Below the pieces are notes generated by a model. The model searched no databases, had not been told where the DNA came from, and was given only the letters and a program-made list of their open reading frames with translations. A stretch of 63,986 bases of DNA, counting the filler, from Lama guanicoe (lineage: Eukaryota): the NCBI GenBank assembly GCA_013239625.1. It is 80 parts of 78 records of this genome, joined end to end, with 100 filler letters (N's around TTAATTAATTAA, not from the genome) between each part and the next. Parts side by side here need not be neighbours in the genome. Positions count along the whole stretch, not along the records: positions 25,001 to 25,807 come from PNXV01005607.1; positions 25,908 to 26,801 come from MU054133.1; positions 26,902 to 27,766 come from MU054133.1; positions 27,867 to 28,356 come from PNXV01005613.1; positions 28,457 to 29,229 come from MU054134.1; positions 29,330 to 30,089 come from MU054135.1; positions 30,190 to 31,203 come from MU054136.1; positions 31,304 to 32,457 come from MU054137.1; 72 more parts are not named here. One strand, given 5' to 3'. Shown piece by piece: positions 25,101 to 34,532 of the stretch (positions are counted from its first letter, which is position 1; every line of letters begins with the position of its first letter). Both the position numbers and the translations under genes were made by a program.

Positions 25101-25691
25101 ATGGCGACCCTGGAAAAGCTGGCGAAGGCCTTCGAGGCCCTCAAGTCCTTCCAGCAGCCGCCGCCACCGCCGCCTCAGCCCCCTCAGCCGGTAAAGCCGC
25201 CGCCGTCTCGGCCCCCTCAGCCGGCACCGCAGCCGCCGCCGCCGCCTCAACCGCCACCGCCGCCCGCCCAGCCCCCTCAGCCGGAACAGCCCCCTCAGCC
25301 GGTAAAGCCGCCGCCGTCTCGGCCCCCTCAGCCGTCACCGCAGCCGCCGCCGCTTCGGCCCCCTCAGCCGGCACCGCAGCCGGCGATCCCCCAGCCCCCT
25401 CAGCCGGAACAGCCGCCTCAGCCGGTACCGCAGCCGCCGCCGCTTCGGCCCCCTCAGCCGGCACCGCAGCCGGCGATCCCCCAGCCCCCTCAGCCGGAAC
25501 AGTCGCCTCAGTCGCACCGCAGCCGCCGCCGCTTCAGCCACTTCAGCCGGAACAGCCGCCTCAGCCGGTACCGCCGCCGATGCCGCCTCAGCCCCCTCAG
25601 CCGGCAACGCAGCCGCCACCGCCTAGGACCCCTCAGCCTGCACCGCAGCCGCCGCCCGCCCAGCTGTGGGTCAGGAGCTGCTGCACAGACG
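25101..25691 (+). pseudogene. HTT: Huntingtin (HTT) exon-1 homologue: N17 variant, Q2, expanded Pro/Gln region, frameshifted as assembled
   Basis: MATLEKLAKAFEALKSFQQ versus canonical MATLEKLMKAFESLKSFQ. Upstream 25001-25100 resembles the HTT 5' UTR. The 3' end GCTGTGGGTCAGGAGCTGCTGCACAGACG|GTGAGT reads AVGQELLHR plus a donor (canonical AVAEEPLHRP|gtgagt), but in a different frame from the ATG. Pseudogene versus assembly error is unresolved. Confidence 0.85.
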
Positions 25692-25907
25692 GTGAGTCCC
25701 TGCGGGCCCATCTGCTTTCCGCGAAACTCGGGAAGGAACGGGGCTGTGTGGTGATCCGAGGCCCCGCGTCCCTTTCGGCTTCCTCTGGGCCACTCCCCAC
25801 CCCTCTCNNNNNNNNNNNNNNNNNNNNNNNNNNNNNNNNNNNNNNNNNNNNTTAATTAATTAANNNNNNNNNNNNNNNNNNNNNNNNNNNNNNNNNNNNN
25901 NNNNNNN

Positions 25908-26801
25908 CAACGACTCCTAGGAGCACACCCCTGCCTCCGTGGCCGCCGCCCCGGCACCCTGACAGCTGACAGCAACGAGGCCACCTCCCAGGAGCAGGCT
26001 TACCGGGAGACGTGCACACCATAAACATGGGGACGCAGAGGCCGCCCCAGACCGCGGGGGAATACGGAACAGATTCAGGGCTCGCACGGGGAAGCCCGTC
26101 AAAACCGCGGACGCCGCCGCACCCCAGGGACTGCACCGCACACGCCTCCGTGGAGCAGGCCATGACCTGAGGACCGGGCGGAGGTGTTCCAGGTCCGCCC
26201 AGCGCCTTCCCACCTGCCAGGGCTGCCCTGCTTTCCCAACCCAAACAGAAACGGCAGGGCAGACGCGGGGTTTAGGGACTACTAACGTGAAGGGGTGGGG
26301 TGTCAACACGAACCACCGCGGCGGCTCGCACGCGCACCAGGGTCCAAACTGTCCGCGAGGTCCGAGCCTCAGCCACGCACCCCTACCTGTGCGCCCCCCA
26401 AAGGCGCAGCCCAGGCCCCACCCGCCGGTTCCACGACCGGCGCTCCCCCACCAGCACCCCCTTACCTGCCCGACCGTGGCAGCGGAGGCGAAGGCAAGCG
26501 GCGGACGAGTTCCTCGGGAGCAGGTCGCAGGAGCGCCCCGCTCCCGCCCGGCTTCCACACGCTCTGGGTGGGCTCCTGCGTCCCCGTGTTTGTGCGTCCG
26601 CGCGTTTGTGCGTGCGCGCGTTTGTGCGTGCGCGCTCCTCCTCCTCCCGCGGGAAGCGCGTACCCTCGGGCTTGGGCTCCTGCTGTACAGGACCTGGCCA
26701 GTCTGTACGGTTGGGTGGGTCTCCATCACCAAAGCACCAAAGCCCCCACTGTGGCACCGACCAGGTCCCGGATAGCAGGCAAAACCACCAAACGCCCCAG
26801 G
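25908..26801 (-). promoter_or_regulatory. CpG-island segment with a probable minus-strand first exon, copy A
   Basis: High GC and CpG. CTTACCTG at about 26461-26468 is a CAG|GTAAG donor on the minus strand. 26402-26801 is nearly identical to 26902-27280. Confidence 0.6.
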
Positions 26802-26901
26802 NNNNNNNNNNNNNNNNNNNNNNNNNNNNNNNNNNNNNNNNNNNNTTAATTAATTAANNNNNNNNNNNNNNNNNNNNNNNNNNNNNNNNNNNNNNNNNNN
26901 N

Positions 26902-27300
26902 GGCGCAGCCCAGGCCCCACCCTCCGGCTCCCACACCAGCACCCCCTTACCTGCCCGACCGTGGCAGCGGAGGCGAAGGCAAGCGGCGGACGAGTTCCTC
27001 GGGAGCAGGTCACAGGAGCGCCCCGCTCCCGCCAGGCTTCCACACGCTCTGGGTGAGCTCCTGCGTCCGGGTGTTTGTGCGTCCGCGCGTTTGTGCGTCC
27101 GCGCGTGCGCGCTCCTCCTCCTCCCGCGGGAAGCGCGTACCCTCGGGCTTGGGCTCCTGCTGTACAGGACCTGGCCAGTCTGTACGGTTGGGTGGGTCTC
27201 CATCACCAAAGCACCAAAGCCCCCACTGTGGCACCGACCAGGTCCCGGATCGCAGGCAAAACCACCAAACGCCCCAGGGGAGAGGACAGCCGCCATCTCC
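26902..27300 (-). promoter_or_regulatory. CpG-island segment, copy B (allele or paralogue of 26402-26801)
   Basis: Near-identical sequence with indels in the GTGCG microrepeat and near the left end. Confidence 0.6.
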
Positions 27301-28456
27301 TCTCCACCTGCCCTCCCACCCCTTTACTGTCCCCCCCACCCCCAGCCAGGCCCAGTCTGCCACCATTCCCCCAAGACAGGGCTCCTTCTTACACCGAGTT
27401 CCCCATCCCCAATCTCCACCCTGCTAGATACTAAGCTATGGCCCCCACACTCCAAGCTCACCCCTCATGCTTCACTAGGAACCCCAACATCCCCACATGG
27501 CCTCTGTCTCCCCTCAACTTGGTCAATTCCACTCCAACCAGCCCCTTACTCCTCAGACTGTCCCCCCTCACCACGGGATCCCCCCTCTCCAAGTGCACCC
27601 CTACCTAGAGACTCATCCTTTTTTTTGTCTGTTTACAGATAGAATTTTAAGTAATTCATTCATTCGCTGAAAAATGCTTATTTAGTGCTTATTCTGTGCC
27701 AATAGCTGTTCTAGGATTTGGACTTTATTAGTGAAGAAAACATAGTGAAGAAACACTTTCAATCTANNNNNNNNNNNNNNNNNNNNNNNNNNNNNNNNNN
27801 NNNNNNNNNNTTAATTAATTAANNNNNNNNNNNNNNNNNNNNNNNNNNNNNNNNNNNNNNNNNNNNCTGTGCCCTTCCAGCCTCGCCTGTGCGTGTGTAT
27901 GACTAGTAAACTTACATAGGTCTCATCTGTCCAGTGTGAGATGGTGGGTATTCAGCTATTTCATTACCCCAGGACAGGAATCTTGCCACCAACAGACTTC
28001 CTTGGAGGCAGTTGGAATCATGAACAGACTTGTCCATGCCTGACCACGGTCACCTAGTCAGCGTTGGCTGATTGCTCTTGGCTAACTGGCTCTGTGATAT
28101 GGCAGGGGCCACTTGGGACAGAACCACCAGTTGCTGGCAGGCTTGTACTTTGGCCTGCTCTGCTTTGTGTTCTTTTTTGGGTGTCACTATCTCTTCCCAC
28201 TCTAAAAACTCTTGTTCCTAAAACAGAATTGTTAATATGCTATGTCCCTGTGTGACTTGTCAGTCTGTTTAGCAGATGGTCTGTGAGGCTCCTGCCTGTA
28301 AAAATGATGACAACACAGCACCCCAACTACTCAGAACTTGAGCCCCACCTACCAGANNNNNNNNNNNNNNNNNNNNNNNNNNNNNNNNNNNNNNNNNNNN
28401 TTAATTAATTAANNNNNNNNNNNNNNNNNNNNNNNNNNNNNNNNNNNNNNNNNNNN

Positions 28457-30089
28457 CGTTCATCTAGCACAAAGGGAACATTTTGCAGGAGAAACACTTA
28501 CTCTGCTTTCTCATTCTGTTTCCTAGTGATGGTTTGAAGTTCCTGCAGTTTTCACCGTAAAACCGAGTTGGAGCTTGTACCTCCCCATATATATGTATGG
28601 AGTGGAGTCTGCAACTGAAGAGAAACTTTGTGTTCCCAACAAGCTAGGTGAAGGACNNNNNNNNNNNNNNNNNNNNNNNNNNNNNNNNNNNNNNNNNNNN
28701 NNNNNNNNNNNNNNNNNNNNNNNNNNNNNNNNNNNNNNNNNNNNNNNNNNNNNNNNNNNNNNNNNNNNNNNNNNNNNNNNNNNNNNNNNNNNNNNNNNNN
28801 NNNNNNNNNNNNNNNNNNNNNNNNNNNNNNNNNNNNNNNNNNNNNNNNNNNNNNNNNNNNNNNNNNNNNNNNNNNNNNNNNNNNNNNNNNNNNNNNNNNN
28901 NNNNNNNNNNNNNNNNNNNNNNNNNNNNNNNNNNNNNNNNNNNNNNNNNNNNNNNNNNNNNNNNNNNNNNNNNNNNNNGAAAAACACTTACTCTGGTTTC
29001 TCAGTCTGTTTCCTAGTGCCGGTTTGAAGTTCCTGCAGTTTTCACTGTAAAACCGTGTTGGAACTTGTACCTCCCCATACATATGTATGGATTGGATTGT
29101 GCAACTGAAGAGAAAGTTTGTTTTCCCCAAAAGCTAAGTGATGGACGGCTTTCACACACACTTAACCCTCAAAACTGAGAATGTGGAGAGACATTCGTTC
29201 ATCCAGCACAAAGGGAACTGGTTGCAGGANNNNNNNNNNNNNNNNNNNNNNNNNNNNNNNNNNNNNNNNNNNNTTAATTAATTAANNNNNNNNNNNNNNN
29301 NNNNNNNNNNNNNNNNNNNNNNNNNNNNNTGAAGAGAAACTTTGTGTTCCCAACAAGCTAGGTGAAGGAAGGCTTTCAGACATACTTAACTCTCAAAACT
29401 GAGCATGGGGAGAGACGTTCGTTCATCTAGCACAAAGGGAACACGTTGCAGGAGAAACACTTACTCTGGTTTCTCAGTCTGTTTCCTAGTGCCGNNNNNN
29501 NNNNNNNNNNNNNNNNNNNNNNNNNNNNNNNNNNNNNNNNNNNNNNNNNNNNNNNNNNNNNNNNNNNNNNNNNNNNNNNNNNNNNNNNNNNNNNNNNNNN
29601 NNNNNNNNNNNNNNNNNNNNNNNNNNNNNNNNNNNNNNNNNNNNNNNNNNNNNNNNNNNNNNNNNNNNNNNNNNNNNNNNNNNNNNNNNNNNNNNNNNNN
29701 NNNNNNNNNNNNNNNNNNNNNNNNNNNNNNNNNNNNNNNNNNNNNNNNNNNNNNNNNNNNNNNNNNNNNNNNNNNNNNNNNNNNNNNNNNNNNNNNNNNN
29801 NNNNNNNNNNNAACTCTCAAAACTGAGCATTTGGGGAGACGTTCGTTCATCAAGCACAAAGGGAACAGGTTGCAGGAGAAACACTTACTCCGGTTTCTCA
29901 GTCTGTTTCCTAGTGCCGGTTTGAAGTTCCTGCAGTTTTCACTGTAAAACCGAGTTGGAGCTTGTACCTCCCCATATAAATATATGGAGTGGAGTTTGCA
30001 AATGAAGAAAAACTTTGTGTTCCCAACAAGCTAGGTGAAGGACGTCATTCACACACGCTTAACTCTCAAAACTGAGCATGTGGAGAGAC
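28457..30089 (+). repeat. 249-bp satellite (two scaffolds)
   Basis: AACTCTCAAAACTGAGCAT at 29812 and 30061 (period 249). Confidence 0.93.
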
Positions 30090-31303
30090 NNNNNNNNNNN
30101 NNNNNNNNNNNNNNNNNNNNNNNNNNNNNNNNNTTAATTAATTAANNNNNNNNNNNNNNNNNNNNNNNNNNNNNNNNNNNNNNNNNNNNAGACATTATTC
30201 AGCCATCCTCTCAGTCTGCCAGCTTTCCAAATAAAGTCACTATTCCTTGCGCCAACACCACATCTCTTGTTTAAAGTTTAAAGTTTAAACTTAAAGTTTC
30301 ATGTTTGGGTAAGTGTTTTTCTAACTTTTCTGCTAAGTGTTGCTGTCTAATATTTATGGCTGGAATTTACACTCACCTAAATTTCTTCAAGAATATCTTG
30401 ACTATCATTGGCTGTGTCTTTTTCCATATAAATTTTAGAGTAAGTTTGTTGAGTACCATTCAAACCTCTGCCAGCATTTAATCATAGAGATTAAATCTGT
30501 GAATCACTTTGGTAAGATTTTATATGGTTAAAATATAGGCTTTCCATATTCCTGAAGAAGCTATATTTCTCCACTTACTTTAGTATCTTTAATGCATTTT
30601 CACACAGTCATATTTTTTTTCTGATGGCTCACAAGACTTTTATTTGGTGAATTTCTTTTCTTCGTATTTTCTGTGGTTAAAATTGTATCTGTTTATTGCA
30701 TTTCTAACATTTGGTTTCTAGGCATAGAAATACACCTGATATTTAGTCCCTGAAAACTACTCTTTTATATATATTTTTTTAAATAAAAAGTTTTGATTTT
30801 TTTTTTTAGATTTTAGTAAAAAAAACATTTTATTTTGTTTTTTTCTANNNNNNNNNNNNNNNNNNNNNNNNNNNNNNNNNNNNNNNNNNNTTTTTTAACA
30901 TAAACAGTTTAGATTATTTCTTTCAGATTCTAGTAAATAATACATTTGATTCTGTTTCTTACTAAGTTCTTAAGTACCTCCCTTACAATGATGAATGGAA
31001 GAGGTCATAGAGGATATTGTTACCTTGTTTCTAATTTTGTAGTTAATGTTTTTACCTTTTTTGTATTAATCACAATAGTTTACTTTGGGTGTGTTTTTTT
31101 TCCAGATAGTCTTTGTCAGAATAAAGAAGTTCTTTCATTTCTTGTTTTCTAAGGGCTTTTTATCAGGAATAGTATTGGACTTTAATCACGTACTTTCTCT
31201 GCANNNNNNNNNNNNNNNNNNNNNNNNNNNNNNNNNNNNNNNNNNNNTTAATTAATTAANNNNNNNNNNNNNNNNNNNNNNNNNNNNNNNNNNNNNNNNN
31301 NNN

Positions 31304-32457
31304 TCTATATATAATATTCTATATTCTACATTCCTAATTCTGTGTTCTACATCTTTATTCAATATACTGTATTCAGTATTCTGTATTCTATATCCTTAAT
31401 TCTGTGTTCTGCATTCCATGTTCTATATTTTGTGTTCTATATTCTCTATTGTATATTGTATATTGTGTGTTGTATATTCTGGGTCCTTAATTCTATAATC
31501 AGTTTTCTCTATTCTATATTCTAAATTCTGTGTTCTGCATTCCATGTTCTAAATTCTATATTCAGTATTCTGTATTCTATATTCTANNNNNNNNNNNNNN
31601 NNNNNNNNNNNNNNNNNNNNNNNNNNNNNNNNNNNNNNNNNNNNNNNNNNNNNNNNNNNNNNNNNNNNNNNNNNNNNNNNNNNNNNNNNNNNNNNNNNNN
31701 NNNNNNNNNNNNNNNNNNNNNNNNNNNNNNNNNNNNNNNNNNNNNNNNNNNNNNNNNNNNNNNNNNNNNNNNNNNNNNNNNNNNNNNNNNNNNNNNNNNN
31801 NNNNNNNNNNNNNNNNNNNNNNNNNNNNNNNNNNNNNNNNNNNNNNNNNNNNNNNNNNNNNNNNNNNNNNNNNNNNNNNNNNNNNNNNNNNNNNNNNNNN
31901 NNNNNNNNNNNNNNNNNNNNNNNNNNNNNNNNNNNNNNNNNNNNNNNNNNNNNNNNNNNNNNNNNNNNNNNNNNNNNNNNNNNNNNNNNNNNNNNNNNNN
32001 NNNNNNNNNNNNNNNNNNNNNNNNNNNNNNNNNNNNNNNNNNNNNNNNNNNNNNNNNNNNNNNNNNNNNNNNNNNNNNNNNNNNNNNNNNNNNNNNNNNN
32101 NNNNNNNNNNNNNNNNNNNNNNNNNNNNNNNNNNNNNNNNNNNNNNNNNNNNNNNNNNNNNNNNNNNNNNNNNNNNNNNNNNNNNNNNNNNNNNNNNNNN
32201 NNNNNNNNNNNNNNNNNNNNNNNNNNNNNNNNNNNNNNNNNNNNNNNNNNNNNNNNNNNNNNNNNNNNNNNNNNNNNNNNNNNNNNNNNNNNNNNNNNNN
32301 NNNNNNNNNNNNNNNNNNNNNNNNNNNNNNNNNNNNNNNNNNNNNNNNNNNNNNNNNNNNNNNNNNNNNNTTCTATATTCTCTATTCTATACTCTATATT
32401 TTGTGTTTATCATTCTATATTCTAAATTTTATATACTGGATTCCGTAGTCTATATTC
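31304..32457 (-). repeat. AT-rich heptamer-derived satellite (gapped)
   Basis: Same family, antisense. Confidence 0.9.
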
Positions 32458-33211
32458 NNNNNNNNNNNNNNNNNNNNNNNNNNNNNNNNNNNNNNNNNNN
32501 NTTAATTAATTAANNNNNNNNNNNNNNNNNNNNNNNNNNNNNNNNNNNNNNNNNNNNTATTTTCTCAATTTTGTTTGAAATCATCCAATGAGCACAAAAC
32601 TAAATTTTTAAAAATTAAAAAATCCACGAGATCAAAGTATATTATTGTGTGCATGATGAACTTTGAGGACTCACCTTCTAAGACTTATCAATCCCATGAG
32701 GGAATTTGCTTTAGGGTAAACTTCCCCGCACTGCTGATGGCAGCCCAGGAGAGCACAGGGGAGACCTCCTAGCCTATTGCTAACACCCCTGTGTTAAAAT
32801 TTCTTCAGAGCCTTCTACCTCTGCCTCTCAAAAGAACTTTTTACTTTTTAGCTTCTTATCTCACCTTCACATTTGTATCTTCATTATAACATTCTGAAAT
32901 CAGACGGGATACAAAGAGAACAGCATTTCCTCCCTTCTTCCACTGAGCATAGGAAGGATATGTTGGTCCTGAGGGCAGGACCAAGGGCAGAATNNNNNNN
33001 NNNNNNNNNNNNNNNNNNNNNNNNNNNNNNNNNNNGCATGTGCATTGTGTATCACCTTCTCGCTTTAAGCCTAATTATACCAAAGAAAAGGGAAATGTTG
33101 TGGCCAAGTCANNNNNNNNNNNNNNNNNNNNNNNNNNNNNNNNNNNNNNNNNNNNTTAATTAATTAANNNNNNNNNNNNNNNNNNNNNNNNNNNNNNNNN
33201 NNNNNNNNNNN

Positions 33212-33605
33212 GCTCCAGCCGTGCCCCCATTCTGGAACATGCGAGGTGCGCGCTGGCCTTAGTGATGGTTATTCCGTCCACCTGGGACTTCTCACTTCCT
33301 AGTCCTAGTGTTAACCTCAGTCCTCAGTGTGGCCTGCTCTGGTATTTAATACAACATCACCCTCATCCCATACCCTCAACTCTCTTTACCTTGCCCTTTT
33401 ATCTTTTTTCCATGGTTCCTCTTTCCTAACATACCACCTCCTCTGCTGCTCTGTTGTGTGACTTGTCATCTCCACCCCCATCCCAGCTAGACTCCAAACA
33501 AGCTCTGTGAGGACAGGATTTTGTTTTGTTTATTGATCTGTTCCAAGTGCCTAGACTAGTCCTCGGTACATAGTAGGAAGTCAAAAATTATTTGCGGAAT
33601 AATTT
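33212..33605 (+). mobile_element. L2 3' end relic
   Basis: AAGCTCTGTGAGGACAGGATTTTG..TTCCAAGTGCCTAGACTAG..ACATAGTAGGAAGTCAAAAATTATTTG resembles the L2 terminus. Confidence 0.6.
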
Positions 33606-33865
33606 AAAAGACTATTTTAAAAATGAATCATCCTTTCAGGAATGGGTGAGGAAAGGAAGCTGCATGAAGGAAAATGGTGCGGTAAATAATGATATATGCC
33701 TCTTGTTCTTTGTGTGATATATATGTGTGTTTTAGTCTTAATTTGGTATCCCAGTTTCTTAATTTNNNNNNNNNNNNNNNNNNNNNNNNNNNNNNNNNNN
33801 NNNNNNNNNTTAATTAATTAANNNNNNNNNNNNNNNNNNNNNNNNNNNNNNNNNNNNNNNNNNNN

Positions 33866-34532
33866 TTTCTCAGTCTGTTTCCTAGTGCTGGTTTGAAGTT
33901 CCTGCAGTTTTCACGGTTAAACCGAATTGGAGCTTGTACCTCCACATATATATGCATGGAGTGGATTCTGCAACCGAAGAGAAACTTTGTGTTCCCAACA
34001 AGCTTGGTGAAGGACGGCTTTCACACAGGCTTTAGTCTCAAAACTTAGCATGTGGAGAGACATTTGTTCATCTAGCACAAAGGGAACAGGTTGCAGGAGA
34101 AACACTTACTCTGGTTTCTCAGTCTGTTTCCTAGTGCCGGTTTGAAGTTCCTGCAGTTTTCACTGTTAAACCGAGTTGGAGCTTGTATCTCCCCAAATAT
34201 ACGCATGGAGTGGAGTCTGCAACTGAACAGAAACTTTGTGTTCCCAACAAGCTTGGTGAAGGCCCGCTTTCACACACGCTTAACTCTCAAAACTGAGCAT
34301 GTGGACACACTTTCGTTCATCTAGCACAAAGGGAACAGGTTGCAGGAGAAANNNNNNNNNNNNNNNNNNNNNNNNTGAAGTTCCTGCAGTTTTCACTGTA
34401 AAACCGAGTTGGAGCTTTTACCTCCCCATATATATGTATGGAGTGGAGTTTGCAACTGAAGAGAAAAATGTGTTCCCAAATGTTAGCTGAAGGAAGGCTT
34501 TCACACACGCTTAACTCTCAAAACTGAGCATG
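33866..34532 (+). repeat. 249-bp satellite
   Basis: TTTCTCAGTCTGTTTCCTAGTG at 33866 and 34115; TCTAGCACAAAGGGAAC at 34071 and 34320 (period 249). Confidence 0.95.

Noticed and set aside
25085..25855. Ala-rich and Arg-rich ORFs overlapping the HTT-like exon on both strands
   Set aside because: They are alternative frames of CAG/CCG-rich repeats that lack stops. Only the Pro-rich part of the 25085 frame after about 25512 is informative, as the frameshifted continuation.
25852..27642. Multiple 120-270 aa ORFs in the GC-rich duplicated segment
   Set aside because: Open frames on all strands are expected from high GC content, the two copies differ by indels, and no domain is recognisable.
24147..27766. 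Apparent clustering of the HTT-like exon with satellite and CpG-island segments as one locus
   Set aside because: The segments are separated by artificial linkers, so adjacency carries no biological information.
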